A stretch of DNA of 64,000 nt from Sedimentisphaerales bacterium (GCA_963663805.2 CAXXMR010000018.1:64001-128000); one strand, 5' to 3'. Positions 1 to 10,358 are shown, counted from the first letter of the stretch. The notes: generated from the sequence alone by a model not told the origin. Numbers and translations: made by a program.

Positions 1-643
1 CCGCCCGGTCCAGGTCGAAAAGCACTTCAAAAAACTCGTCCGGATTTTTATCGTATTCCCAGCGATGATTCCACAAAATCACCGGTGCACCAGCCGTTCG
101 ATTTTTTGGTAAATCAAAAAGGTTGTCATTCAACCCCAGCGGCATAACACGCGAAGCACCTTTGATACGCTCAACAACCCCTTCCGGCACAAAATCCGGC
201 ATTTTTCTGAGCAGTTCACCTGCGGCCTGGGTGAAGCTTTCACGGTGATAATCGGAATTAAACCAAACCTCATCCGCGGCCAGGCAACTGGTAATATTTG
301 TAAACCCGTATTGATAATCACGCTCGGCCTCATCGGGCACCGGATAGGTAAGCTGGTTTTCGTGGAAATAACAAATAATCGGTACATTCAATTTGCAAAG
401 GGCCCGCAAATCCGCTACGGAGGTCATGTCACTGGTGAAAATCAAATCAATGTCAGCGTAATTGCCCCGCTTAATCTCGTTGGCGAACCATATTGCCGAG
501 CCCCGCATTCGCCACTTCCATTTGCGGGCGGGCAGGGAGATTCTGATAAAATCGTGCCGGGAATGGTTGATGAGTCCGTCGAGAAACTGAGCGTGGCTGC
601 CCCCGTCGTACGCTTCGAGAGTGAGTATACGGCATCTGGTCAA
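1..643 (-). CDS. DUF3524 / GTDC1-like (tRNA-queuosine mannosyltransferase-domain) glycosyltransferase, runs off window edge
   Basis: Not in ORF track. Manual translation from TTG at 643 gives ..ILTLEAYDGGSHAQFLDGL..LPARKWKWRMRGSA..ILWNHRWEYDKNPDEFF, the DUF3524/GTDC1 hallmark motifs. Start overlaps the upstream stop. Confidence 0.85.
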   Translation of the reverse strand, partial: MTRCRILTLEAYDGGSHAQFLDGLINHSRHDFIRISLPARKWKWRMRGSAIWFANEIKRGNYADIDLIFTSDMTSVADLRALCKLNVPIICYFHENQLTYPVPDEAERDYQYGFTNITSCLAADEVWFNSDYHRESFTQAAGELLRKMPDFVPEGVVERIKGASRVMPLGLNDNLFDLPKNRTAGAPVILWNHRWEYDKNPDEFFEVLFDLDRA

Positions 644-1296
644 ATCCGACAAATTTCCAGCTCCTCGATTTTATCCGTGATTGTTATCCAAGCGTAATTG
701 CCCGAAGCCAGCGGGCCGGGATTGACCAGGCGAGTAGTGCCGATGCTGTCAGTGCCGATGCTTTCATGGATATGACCACTGACCGCAAGAACAGGCTGAT
801 AATGCTCGATAAAATTACGTATCGACTGACTGCCGACATGACGGCTGTTGTGGGCAATATCAACATCGGTCATACAGGCGGGCTGATGACTGAGCAGTAC
901 GAGTTTTTTTTCGGGGGCGAGATTTTCGACGGCCCGCTGCAAGCCCGCGTTCAATTGCTGTTCGCCGACCTCGTTGGGTGTACGGCTGGGGCAGGGTACC
1001 GACCCGCCTACGCCGACAAAGCAAAGGCCGTCCATTTCGACGACGCGTTCGTGCAGGCTTATGTTCTCACGCTCCAGATAACGCTGAACCTCACACTGGT
1101 CACAATTACCAGGGACAGCAAGGATGTTTTCATTGAAGCGTTTAATAGCGTTAATGATTTTCGCACAGTCCTGGGCGGTGCCGAAATTGGTTATGTCGCC
1201 GGCGATAAGCACCAAATCCGCTTCGCCCAGCGGCTTGGCCAGACTATCTATCGCCTGGGCCATGCCGTGAATATCCGTGAGAGCGATTATTTTCAC
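640..1296 (-). CDS. Metallophosphoesterase (calcineurin-like)
   Basis: DIHG, GDIT, GNCD, SHQP and GHIHE motifs. Confidence 0.9.
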   Translation of the reverse strand: MKIIALTDIHGMAQAIDSLAKPLGEADLVLIAGDITNFGTAQDCAKIINAIKRFNENILAVPGNCDQCEVQRYLERENISLHERVVEMDGLCFVGVGGSVPCPSRTPNEVGEQQLNAGLQRAVENLAPEKKLVLLSHQPACMTDVDIAHNSRHVGSQSIRNFIEHYQPVLAVSGHIHESIGTDSIGTTRLVNPGPLASGNYAWITITDKIEELEICRI

Positions 1297-2061
1297 CTAA
1301 ACCTCCAGTTCAATCCCGATGGGGCAATGGTCGGAGCCTTCGATGTCGGCGAGAATAAAGGCGTTTTTGACCATTTTTTCCATCTCTCTGCTGACAAAGA
1401 AGTAATCGATACGCCAGCCGATGTTTCTTTCGCGGGCTTTGGTTTTGTAGTCCCACCAGCTGTACTGCTCAGGCTCATCACAGAACATGCGGAACGTATC
1501 AAAAAAGCCAGCCTTGAGAAGTTTGTCAATCCAGGCCCGCTCTTCCGGCAAAAAACCCGTATGCATTTCATTCTCTTTGGGACGTGACAGGTCGATTTCT
1601 TTGTGGGCGGTATTTACATCGCCGCAAATGACCAGATTTTTCTGACTGCGTTTACGTTTTTTTAAATGAGCCAGAAAAGCATCATAAAAATCCATTTTGT
1701 ATTGCAGGCGTTCTTTCGATTGCCCGCCATTGGGGAAATATATGTTATAAAGCTCAAATGTCCCGTAATTAGCGATTTGAATGCGTCCTTCACAATCAAA
1801 CTTTTCGATACCCAGAGCGGTTTTGACGGTTTTGGGTTTGATTCGCGTAAATAACCCCGTACCTGAATACCCCTTACGTACACCTAATTCAAAATAAGTA
1901 TGATAATCTAGAGCGTGAGCGATTTCTTCGGGAATCTGGTTGGCGTGGGCCTTGGTTTCCTGCAAACAAAGGATGTCGGGACGTTCTTTTTCGAGCCATT
2001 CCGTGAACCCTTTACGCTGAATCGCGCGGATTCCGTTGACGTTCCAGGAGATTAAACGCAT
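1297..2061 (-). CDS. xth: Exodeoxyribonuclease III
   Basis: SWNVNG, LQETK, GDVNTAH, GWRIDY and SDHCP motifs. Confidence 0.95.
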   Translation of the reverse strand: MRLISWNVNGIRAIQRKGFTEWLEKERPDILCLQETKAHANQIPEEIAHALDYHTYFELGVRKGYSGTGLFTRIKPKTVKTALGIEKFDCEGRIQIANYGTFELYNIYFPNGGQSKERLQYKMDFYDAFLAHLKKRKRSQKNLVICGDVNTAHKEIDLSRPKENEMHTGFLPEERAWIDKLLKAGFFDTFRMFCDEPEQYSWWDYKTKARERNIGWRIDYFFVSREMEKMVKNAFILADIEGSDHCPIGIELEV

Positions 2062-2070
2062 AGCACTTCC

Positions 2071-2745
2071 TCAGTCAAGGTAGAAACGAGCTTCTACCAT
2101 AAGACAGAGGACATGATAGAAACGCAGTTGGAGTTCCTGAATTTTATAGGTTTCGTTTTCGGGCATTTTCCAGGTGATGTCGGCTTGTCGGGCGAGTTGG
2201 CCGCCGTTACTGCCGGTAAATGCAATAGTTGTCATTTGATAGGCTTTAGCGAGTGTCATCGCGACATTGACATTACCGGCGTTACCGCTGGTGCTGATAC
2301 CCAGAAAAACGCCCGGTTTGATATGAGCGGCAAAAGAGTTTAGCTCCTGAGCGTAAACATATTTCGGGTCACGGTCATTGGCATAAGCACTCGACAGCGA
2401 CCCCGACTCGCCCAGCACCACAACCGGCAGCCCCGCTTCCAGATTATCAATAATCTCGGCACCGTTCTCGATATTCCGCAGATTCGCCCGTAGTTTTTCG
2501 TCTGTGACAGGCCGCTGGGCACAAAAACTTTTCGCCAGCTCACCTTTAATATGAATCGCATCCGCGAAACTGCCCCCGTTTCCGCAAATGTAGAGAACGC
2601 CATGCTCCGCGAAAGTTTCCACCAGGGCATGATAGGCATCGACAAGCCCCGCCAAAGCCCCCTCAAACAAACTCAAATCCAGAGTTTCCTTGAATTCCCG
2701 ATAAACAATCTCCACCGCCGCTGGTAAGTTTTTAACATCAGACAT
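2071..2745 (-). CDS. SIS-domain protein, GmhA/phosphoheptose isomerase-like
   Basis: CGNGGSFADA, ISTSGN and IQE motifs. Confidence 0.8.
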   Translation of the reverse strand: MSDVKNLPAAVEIVYREFKETLDLSLFEGALAGLVDAYHALVETFAEHGVLYICGNGGSFADAIHIKGELAKSFCAQRPVTDEKLRANLRNIENGAEIIDNLEAGLPVVVLGESGSLSSAYANDRDPKYVYAQELNSFAAHIKPGVFLGISTSGNAGNVNVAMTLAKAYQMTTIAFTGSNGGQLARQADITWKMPENETYKIQELQLRFYHVLCLMVEARFYLD

Positions 2746-2803
2746 TTCCAGTATCCCAGAAAATAAGTATAGTGCCTTTTGCCGATAAAATATTTCGTTG
2801 CTG

Positions 2804-3631
2804 TTAAGAAATAATAATCCTCTTCTTCTTAGGCTCTACCGTTTTCTTTCGGACAGTTTTAGGCTTAGAAGATTTCTTACGCATAGCCGGGGCCTTTTTT
2901 GCAGCTACTTTTTCACATTCGGTAACGAGTTTGTGCAGTCCTTCCACTTCTTTTTTGGTTAGAGACCGGAATTTTCCTGGTGCCAGACCTTTAAGGGTAA
3001 GTGAGCCGATTTTGACTCTGGTGAGGTTTTTGACGCTGTGGCCGGTGCGGGATAACATGCGTCTAATCTGGCGGTTACGACCTTCGCGAAGCTGGATTTC
3101 CAGCAGCGAGCGGCGTTTGTTGCGTTCGAGGATTTTTACCCCTTCGATAGTGGCTTTTCCGGTGGGCAGAAATATTCCCTGCTTGAGCTTATCGACGTCG
3201 GGTCCGGTGACGTATCCATCGACCTCGACGACGTAAGTTTTTACTATTCCGAATTTTGGGTGGGTGAGTTGATTGGCGAGTTCTCCGTCGTTAGTTAGCA
3301 GGAGCAGTCCGTGCGAGTCGGTGTCGAGACGACCAACGGGGTAGACTCTCTCTCGAACCCCTTTGAGCATGTCAATGGCGCGAAGTCGGTCTTCGGCTTC
3401 GGCGTTGGTGCAGACGACCTTTTTGGGTTTATTGAGGAGGTAATAGACTTTTTGGGCGAACTGGAGCTTCTTGCCGGAGACGACAATGACATCGTGTTCG
3501 GGGTCGACCAGTACGGGTAGTTTTTTGACTATCCGGCCATTGACTTTAACGTGTCCGTCGAGAATCAACTGCTCGCAATGCCGGCGTGAGTCGACACCGG
3601 CTTCAGCCATAACTTTTTGTAATCTTTCCAC
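2804..3631 (-). CDS. rluB: rRNA pseudouridine synthase (RluB/RsuA family) with S4 domain
   Basis: ERLQKVMAEAGVDSRR, GRLD catalytic motif, EGRNRQIRRM. GTG start at 3631 chosen from the RBS and to avoid overlap with manA. Confidence 0.88.
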   Translation of the reverse strand: MERLQKVMAEAGVDSRRHCEQLILDGHVKVNGRIVKKLPVLVDPEHDVIVVSGKKLQFAQKVYYLLNKPKKVVCTNAEAEDRLRAIDMLKGVRERVYPVGRLDTDSHGLLLLTNDGELANQLTHPKFGIVKTYVVEVDGYVTGPDVDKLKQGIFLPTGKATIEGVKILERNKRRSLLEIQLREGRNRQIRRMLSRTGHSVKNLTRVKIGSLTLKGLAPGKFRSLTKKEVEGLHKLVTECEKVAAKKAPAMRKKSSKPKTVRKKTVEPKKKRIIIS

Positions 3632-3657
3632 TTGTGTTCCTTGAGAAAGGAGTTTTT

Positions 3658-4671
3658 TCAGGCTTTGACCGGCCCGAGGCAGGTTATCATACACTGGCCC
3701 GGTTGGGTGACGTTAATATCGGCCTGTTCGGTTTGAGGCAGCAGTATAGTGTCGCCGGGTACGAAATCGAGCGCGAGTTTGCCGCTGCCGAGTGTGCCGG
3801 CACAATCCAATGCTATCATGAATGTGGTTTGTTCGATGGTGAATTTCCGGATACCTTTGGCCATGGTACTGAGAGCTACGCTAAAGAAGTCGCAGTCTAC
3901 CAGTGGTTTAGCGTCGCCCAGAGCGGCGGCGAGCTGGGCCAGAGGGCCTTTGGGGTTGACGGGGACATTGTGGTCTTCGGCTGGGCCGTAGCCGTTGGTG
4001 TAGTGGATACTGGCCAGAGCTTGCTCGACGTGGAGTTCGCGGGATTTGCCGTTGGCATCGGTGCGATTCCAATCAAAGACCCTGAAGGTGGTATCCGAGG
4101 GTGTCTGGATTTCAGCGACGAGTACCCCGGCACCCAAGGCGTGGATGGTGCCGGCGGGTAGATGGTGGAAGTCACCTTTCTTAACCTCGTGGGCAACGAG
4201 GAGTTGGTCGACGGTTCCGTTTTTGAGGGCCTGAGCGAGCTGGTCGGGGCCGATGTTGGGCTTTAGGCCTTGGTAGATTTTGGCGCCGGGTTTGGCATCC
4301 AGTACGTACCAACATTCGGTTTTGAGGGCGGCGTTGGGGAATAGTTTGCAGGCCTCTTTGTCGGGGTGGACCTGGACTGAGAGTACGTCGTCAGCGTCGA
4401 GGAATTTGATGAATAGACCGAACGGGTCGGCGGCTTGCTCTTGTGTTAACCCTATTTCCTGGAAGTGGTTATCGAGCAGTTCACGCAGATCGAGACCCTG
4501 CCAGGGGCCGTTCTGGACTTTGGTGCGGTTGCCGGGCAGGTCAGAAAGTTCCCAGCTTTCGCCGATTTTGGTGTTGGCGGGGAGGGGTTTGTTATATATT
4601 TTTTTGAGATTGTCGGCGCCCCAGATGCGTTCGTGGAAGACGGGGGCGAATTTCATAGGTGTGAATTTCAC
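3658..4671 (-). CDS. manA: Mannose-6-phosphate isomerase, class I
   Basis: IWG, GESWE, LSVQVHP, KTECWY, AGTIHA and EIQTPSD motifs. Confidence 0.9.
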   Translation of the reverse strand: MKFTPMKFAPVFHERIWGADNLKKIYNKPLPANTKIGESWELSDLPGNRTKVQNGPWQGLDLRELLDNHFQEIGLTQEQAADPFGLFIKFLDADDVLSVQVHPDKEACKLFPNAALKTECWYVLDAKPGAKIYQGLKPNIGPDQLAQALKNGTVDQLLVAHEVKKGDFHHLPAGTIHALGAGVLVAEIQTPSDTTFRVFDWNRTDANGKSRELHVEQALASIHYTNGYGPAEDHNVPVNPKGPLAQLAAALGDAKPLVDCDFFSVALSTMAKGIRKFTIEQTTFMIALDCAGTLGSGKLALDFVPGDTILLPQTEQADINVTQPGQCMITCLGPVKA

Positions 4672-4796
4672 GATAACTATCCTGTTATAAAATTGTTACG
4701 TTTATGTTCCCGTTATTTGGTAACTGGTATCCAAACTACGCATTATAAGTGGTTTGGGCCTGTGGTCGAGTTTTTTTATTCTGTTTTATGCGCATG

Positions 4797-4832
4797 AAAA
4801 ACGCGAACCTGCCTCCTTTGACGGGTCCGCGT
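4797..4832 (-). terminator. Intrinsic terminator-like hairpin
   Basis: Minus strand ACGCGGACC..GGTTCGCGT followed by a T-run. Confidence 0.6.
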
Positions 4833-5095
4833 AACTCAATTTTCTCGTCCTTTGCTCGGACTCGAATAGACTCTTTCTCTTCTTCGCGGGTGAAGCGCAG
4901 AGATTCTCCGTAGATTATGCCATTCTCAACTGGTTAAGCCTGAAAGGAACGACTGAAACAAATAACTTCATACAACTCTTGCCTGAGATACACTTATAAT
5001 ATGCAACCTGCGCAACAGCCCTTCGATTCCGTTGTCAGATGCAATGCCGTATCAGCTGAGCCGGGCCGAACCCAACTCATCATTGATGATTAAAT

Positions 5096-5124
5096 ATACT
5101 AACCAAAACCCTGGGCAAGGTCAA
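5096..5124 (-). promoter_or_regulatory. Sigma70-type promoter
   Basis: TTGACC-17 nt-TAGTAT on the minus strand. Confidence 0.5.
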
Positions 5125-5228
5125 GAAATTTACCTCAAAAATGTACAAAATGTAACTCGCTGTGACTAATAACCTTAGTGGATAAACCGTCACTGAGTGA
5201 CAGTTTTGTGCCGAAAAAACTGCTGGGC

Positions 5229-6389
5229 TTATCGTCTTTGCAGTTCGCTGATTATTTCACCATAATCTCTAATCAATCCATCGAACACCGCTTCCCAACT
5301 CCGTCCCAGGGCATATTCACGGGCCTGCCTGCCCATTTTCTGCCTCAGTTCTTCGTTTTGGCCCAGTAGTTCAATCTTAGAGCAGAAATCCTGCAAGTCG
5401 TTGATAATAAAACCGTTACTGCCCTGCTCGACCATTTCTTTAGGCCCCATTTTGTTGGTCACGATAACCGGCAGGCCTGAGCTCATCGCTTCCAGCACCA
5501 CATTGCCGAAAGTATCGGTGGTGGAGGGGAACACAAAAAAGTCAGCTGAGGCGTAAGCCCTGCTCAATTCTTCTCCCTTCAATACCCCTGTAAATTCCGC
5601 TTCCGGCAATTGCCCTTTCATTGTCTCCAGGAACGGCCCGTCGCCAACCACTTTCAGTTTAATGTTATTAACTCCCTGGAAAACCTGAGCTAAGACATTC
5701 AGATTTTTCTCGATGGATATTCGGCCCACATAGAGTGCCACGCTGCCTTTGTGGTCCTGACGATGGGTCGGGCTGAACCGTTCGGTATCAACACCCCGCG
5801 TGAATATCCCCACGGGCGGAGCTATCCTGCCCTCCAGCAAGGACTTAGTATGCTCGGAAGGGGCGAGCACTTTCTGGGTCTGGTTATAGTACCACTGCAT
5901 ATAGTTCCAGGTGATATGTTCAGCCCGCAGGTCCGTCCGCTGGGTGGGCAGGCGGAAACGCTGGACAATCTTTTCCACCCGCTGCATGACGTATTCCGGC
6001 AGCGAAGTGTGGTAGGACCCTATAAAAGCCAGTTTGTTCATGCGGGCGATTATCAGGGCGTTCAGGCCCATCGAGCCGGGGGTTGCGGTATGGATAATAT
6101 CGTAGTCCTGTGAACGAAATTCCTTGATGACCCGCACGCGAGGGGTCTTGAAATCGAAGATCATATCGAAGTAGATGTCGATTGGTAAAGCCGGTTTATA
6201 TCTTAAGATACGCACCGAGCCGCATTCTTCGATTTCGTCGTCCTGGTTACTGTTGGTGTAGATATCCAGGTGAATATCCCGCTTTTGGCAATATTCGCTG
6301 AAATTCCTGAAAGTGTGGGCGACGCCATTAATTTCGTCGAACGTATCGGTAAAAAGTGCTATTCGGGGCGGTAAAGTTTTCATGACCAC
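5229..6389 (-). CDS. Glycosyltransferase family 4 (GT-B)
   Basis: DTFDEINGV, HTATPGSMG, VGRISIEKN and STTDTFGNVVLEAMSSG motifs. Confidence 0.9.
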   Translation of the reverse strand: MVMKTLPPRIALFTDTFDEINGVAHTFRNFSEYCQKRDIHLDIYTNSNQDDEIEECGSVRILRYKPALPIDIYFDMIFDFKTPRVRVIKEFRSQDYDIIHTATPGSMGLNALIIARMNKLAFIGSYHTSLPEYVMQRVEKIVQRFRLPTQRTDLRAEHITWNYMQWYYNQTQKVLAPSEHTKSLLEGRIAPPVGIFTRGVDTERFSPTHRQDHKGSVALYVGRISIEKNLNVLAQVFQGVNNIKLKVVGDGPFLETMKGQLPEAEFTGVLKGEELSRAYASADFFVFPSTTDTFGNVVLEAMSSGLPVIVTNKMGPKEMVEQGSNGFIINDLQDFCSKIELLGQNEELRQKMGRQAREYALGRSWEAVFDGLIRDYGEIISELQRR

Positions 6390-6495
6390 AGATTAAAATC
6401 TAATCCCCCACGTCGCAATAGAAATCTTCCAAGCTACGGTGAGTTATTTCATATTGGTAAAAATGCGGCAATCCCTTGTTTTTTTTGCGAATTAA

Positions 6496-8480
6496 CCCCA
6501 ATTTCTCACTTAGCGGTCAAAACCGTCAAAAATAAAAATATTTTCTGTGATTTTGAGTTGTAAGCGGCGATTTTAGTTCGATATTGGCTCTGGTACAGAC
6601 CTGCCCTATTGCCAGGTGTTTTTCAGCCGCGATAATATGTGCATGTACCTGAAGAAGCACAAGCGAAAGAAGAACGGCAAGTACAACACCTACTACAGCA
6701 TAGCTGAGAAGCGTAAAGTCTCGCGCGGTCGTTATGTGGAGAAGATGGTTCTGTATCTCGGGGAGATTTCCGATTCGCAAAAGAAGTCCTGGGAAAAGTC
6801 TATTGAGATAATCAACGAGGATAACCAGCCTGTCCGCAAATCATTGTTTGCTTATGACCAGGATAATCATGCCCACCATGATGTCGATACCATTGCCGTG
6901 AAATTATCAAAGATGCGGCTGGAAAACCCCCGAACATTTGGTGACTGTTGGCTGGGCTGTGAGATATGGGATACTCTTGGGCTGGATAAATTCTGGTCCG
7001 CTCGTATAGACACCGAAAGATCTTCGGTGGAGTATTCCAAAGTCGTTAAATTATTGACGGTAAATCGTCTTATCAAACCCGGCGCGGAGTTTTATGTTCA
7101 TCAGCACTGGTTTACTCAAACCGCAATGGATGTATTGCTGGACTGTGATTTTGAGGTTGCCGAAAAGAACCGGCTTTACCGCTGCCTGGACAGGATATTG
7201 CCCTACAAAGAGGAGCTTTGCTCTTATCTGAAAGATACCTGGCAGATGATGTTCAATCTGGAATACGATATTTTGCTTTACGATATCACCAGTACGTATT
7301 TTGAGGGATTATGCAAACAGAATCCTAAAGCCAAATTTGGTCATAGCAAAGATCGCAGAAGTGATTGTCGGCAGATTCTGATAGCTTTGGTAGTTACGCC
7401 CGATGGCTTTCCGATTAATTATGAAATCTGGGCGGGTAATACCTCGGAGAAAACCACGCTAAAGCCGTTATTGAACAAGATAGAGTCAAAATACGGCCAA
7501 GTCGGCAGGGTTTGGCTGATGGACCGGGGTATCCCCACAGAAGCGGTACTTGAGCACATGCGTGATAATGACATTGGTTACCTTGTTGGTACTCCTCGTA
7601 AATTACTGGATGAATTCTCAAAAGAACTCTCGGTGAAAAACTGGCATGATGTAAATGACAGTGTTCGCATAAAGCATATCGAAAAAGATGGTGAATGTTA
7701 TGTTCTAGCCCGCAGCAAAGAGCGGATGGCTAAAGAACGGGCTATGCGTAAGCGCAAGCTGCGTGACTATCTGGAAGGTCTGGAGAAGCTGAAGAAATAT
7801 CGTGATTACGCCCGTTTTATGCAAAGGCTGGGCAAACTCAAACATCATGCTGGCAGTTCGTATAAATGCGTTACTCTTACAATTCCAAAACCAAAGGAAA
7901 GAATTGAGGAAGGTGAGTTTGATTATAAATTCGATAGGAACAAATACCGAGAAATGATTTATCGTGACGGCACATACTTTTTGCGTACCAATCAAACCGG
8001 AAAGAATGGCATAGAGCTTTGGCAGGAGTATATGCTGCAATGTAATGTAGAACAAGCGTTCCGGGAGCTCAAAAGCGATCTGGGTGTTCGGCCGGTCTAT
8101 CACCATAAAGAAGACCGGGTCGATGCTCACGTGTTTGTAGCGTTTATGAGCTATTGTCTGCAAGTGACCTTGAGACACAGACTGCGGGCCAGTGCCTGCG
8201 GGATAACCAGCCAGGCCGTTTTGGAAACAATGTCACGAATCCAGATGCTCGATGTGTCCTTTGAAACCCAGGACGGCAGGACTCTGCTGATGCAGAGATA
8301 TACCGAGCCCGATGGCGATCAGAAATTGCTGCTATACCATTTGAAGATGGAAATGCCGCCGCAAAAGCCACCGAAAATATACAGCGGTCAGCTCAAAAAA
8401 TAACACCACTGTTGGCGACAGACCAACAGCCCTGAAGGAGCCAAAAATCCACTTTTTACCCCTTAAGTGAGAAATTGGGG
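6496..8480 (+). mobile_element. IS1634-family insertion sequence (complete)
   Basis: 17-bp terminal IR CCCCAATTTCTCACTTA (6496-6512 / 8464-8480), flanked on both sides by TTAA. Confidence 0.9.
6643..8403 (+). CDS. IS1634-family DDE transposase
   Basis: LYDITSTYFEG, FGHSKDRRSD, MDRG and VEQAFRELKSDLGVRPVYH motifs. Confidence 0.92.
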   Translation: MYLKKHKRKKNGKYNTYYSIAEKRKVSRGRYVEKMVLYLGEISDSQKKSWEKSIEIINEDNQPVRKSLFAYDQDNHAHHDVDTIAVKLSKMRLENPRTFGDCWLGCEIWDTLGLDKFWSARIDTERSSVEYSKVVKLLTVNRLIKPGAEFYVHQHWFTQTAMDVLLDCDFEVAEKNRLYRCLDRILPYKEELCSYLKDTWQMMFNLEYDILLYDITSTYFEGLCKQNPKAKFGHSKDRRSDCRQILIALVVTPDGFPINYEIWAGNTSEKTTLKPLLNKIESKYGQVGRVWLMDRGIPTEAVLEHMRDNDIGYLVGTPRKLLDEFSKELSVKNWHDVNDSVRIKHIEKDGECYVLARSKERMAKERAMRKRKLRDYLEGLEKLKKYRDYARFMQRLGKLKHHAGSSYKCVTLTIPKPKERIEEGEFDYKFDRNKYREMIYRDGTYFLRTNQTGKNGIELWQEYMLQCNVEQAFRELKSDLGVRPVYHHKEDRVDAHVFVAFMSYCLQVTLRHRLRASACGITSQAVLETMSRIQMLDVSFETQDGRTLLMQRYTEPDGDQKLLLYHLKMEMPPQKPPKIYSGQLKK

Positions 8481-8532
8481 TTAAGTTTTTTTGAACGGCA
8501 GGCGTAAGTAGACGAAAACCCGGAAATATCAA

Positions 8533-8580
8533 CAAAAAAAGAACGGGCGACTTGTGCTGTACCACAAACCGTCCGTTCTT
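8533..8580 (-). terminator. leu operon intrinsic terminator
   Basis: AAGAACGGACG..CGCCCGTTCTT hairpin plus T-run just after the leuB stop. Confidence 0.7.
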
Positions 8581-8605
8581 GTCGAGCAGCCTGAGTTTAG
8601 GTTTC

Positions 8606-9694
8606 TCAGGAATCAGCCACTTTCTGGGCGACCATATCACCAACTTCGCTGGTGCTGTAGCCCATCTTGCCGGCGGCCATGCTCTTGAGCTTATTGGCCG
8701 TGACAAACTTAACCGCGTCTTCTACTGCGGTTGCGGCTTCTGCTTCTCCAAGTTCCTGCAGCATCATCGCCATGGCACATACCGCTGCCAGGGGATTGAT
8801 AACGCCCATACCGGTGTACTTCGGTGCCGAGCCGCCGATAGGCTCAAACATACTCACGCCACCCGGATCAGGGTTGATGTTACCGCCGGCTGCCAGACCC
8901 ATACCGCCCTGAGTGATAGCGCCCAGGTCGGTTATGATATCGCCGAACATATTGCCGGTTACCAGTACATCGAACCATTCCGGGCTCTTTACCATCCACA
9001 TACAGGTCGCGTCAACGTGGTAGTAATCGCGACGAATATCGGAATATTCTTTTTCGCCCATTTCGTGGAAAGCACGTTCCCAAAGGTCGTAGAGGAAGGT
9101 CAGTACGTTGGTTTTACCGACCAGCCCTAACGTGTTTTCTTTACCGACGCCGCGTGCTTTCTTGCCGAACTTTTGGGCATAGTCGAAAGCGTATTTCAGG
9201 CAGCGGTCAACCTGGAACCGGCTGTAAACGGCCGATTGAACCGCGACTTCGTGAGCAGTGCCCTTCATGGTCACGCCGCCGGTTCCGGTGTAGGCATCAC
9301 CGGAATTTTCACGAACTACCACATAATCAATCTCTGCCGGCCCTTTACCCTTCAGAGGGGTCTCCACGCCGGGATAAAGGCGTACCGGACGAAGATTGAT
9401 ATATTGATCCATTTCAAAGCGGGCCTTGAGCAGAATGCCTTTTTCCAGAATGCCAGGTGCGACATCCGGATGGCCGATAGCGCCCAGCAGAATAGCGTCA
9501 TGCTGCATGAGGTCTTTAACGCCGCTGTCCGGCAGAGTCTCGCCGGTTTTCATATAGCGTTCACCACCGAAATCAAAGTCGGTTGTTTCGTATTTGAAGC
9601 CGAATTTCTGAGCCGCTACTTTCATAACTTTTACGGCCTCGGCGGTTACTTCCGGTCCGGTCCCGTCGCCGCCCATTACTGCGATTTTATGCAC
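8606..9694 (-). CDS. leuB: 3-isopropylmalate dehydrogenase
   Basis: GDGTGPEV, NLRP, VVRENS, NMFGDIITD and FEPIGGSAP motifs; leu operon context. Confidence 0.93.
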   Translation of the reverse strand: MHKIAVMGGDGTGPEVTAEAVKVMKVAAQKFGFKYETTDFDFGGERYMKTGETLPDSGVKDLMQHDAILLGAIGHPDVAPGILEKGILLKARFEMDQYINLRPVRLYPGVETPLKGKGPAEIDYVVVRENSGDAYTGTGGVTMKGTAHEVAVQSAVYSRFQVDRCLKYAFDYAQKFGKKARGVGKENTLGLVGKTNVLTFLYDLWERAFHEMGEKEYSDIRRDYYHVDATCMWMVKSPEWFDVLVTGNMFGDIITDLGAITQGGMGLAAGGNINPDPGGVSMFEPIGGSAPKYTGMGVINPLAAVCAMAMMLQELGEAEAATAVEDAVKFVTANKLKSMAAGKMGYSTSEVGDMVAQKVADS

Positions 9695-9784
9695 TTTTTA
9701 ATCCTTTCATTGTCTAAAAAATAACCAATATTCCTGTTTTGTTTCCAGCAGGGCCAACATTTGCCCTGAAACACTTCGTTAGCC

Positions 9785-9823
9785 TTAAAAATCCGCGTCA
9801 ATCCGCGTAATCCGCGGTTAAAA
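9785..9823. repeat. 39-bp repeat with approx. 9-nt periodicity, identical to 10862-10900
   Basis: TTAAAAATCCGCGTCAATCCGCGTAATCCGCGGTTAAAA at both positions. Confidence 0.9.
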
Positions 9824-9845
9824 TTTCTGACTGTTGTCCCTGAAA

Positions 9846-10331
9846 TTACCGTTGTTCCGCCGCCAGCTTATTCAGCAATCCGCCCTGAGCGATAATATCC
9901 AGCGCGAAGTCCGGCAGGGGGGTAAAGTTGTATGTCTCGCCTTTGGTCTTGTTGGTGAGTTTACCGCCTTTGGCATCGATTTCCAGGTCGTCGCCGTCGT
10001 TAATCATTTCGGTTACGCCCGGCAGTTCGACCACCAGAAAACCGCAGTCGATACAGTTACGGTAGAAAATCCGCGCGAACGAAGAAGCGATTACCGCTGA
10101 GACTTTAGCCCCGCGAATCGCCCAGACCGCGTGCTCGCGTGAGCTGCCGCAGCCAAAGTCGTCACCCGCGACAATAATATCGCCGGCCTGAACCTTACTA
10201 ACAAATTCCGTATCGAGGTCTTCCAGGCAATGTCTGGCCAACTCAGCTTCACTGTCAGTATTCAGGTAACGGGCCGGAATAATCTCATCCGTATTAACAT
10301 TGTCTTTCTTATAAACATGTGCTCTTGCCAT
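9846..10331 (-). CDS. leuD: 3-isopropylmalate dehydratase small subunit
   Basis: [23 protein letters not shown] and SFARIFYRN motifs. Confidence 0.95.
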   Translation of the reverse strand: MARAHVYKKDNVNTDEIIPARYLNTDSEAELARHCLEDLDTEFVSKVQAGDIIVAGDDFGCGSSREHAVWAIRGAKVSAVIASSFARIFYRNCIDCGFLVVELPGVTEMINDGDDLEIDAKGGKLTNKTKGETYNFTPLPDFALDIIAQGGLLNKLAAEQR

Positions 10332-10358
10332 GATATTCCTTTCAAAATATTGTTATTA

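Noticed and set aside
245..1587. Plus-strand ORFs 245-697 and 766-1587, and similar antisense ORFs throughout the track
   Set aside because: Shadow ORFs opposite well-supported genes, with no motifs.
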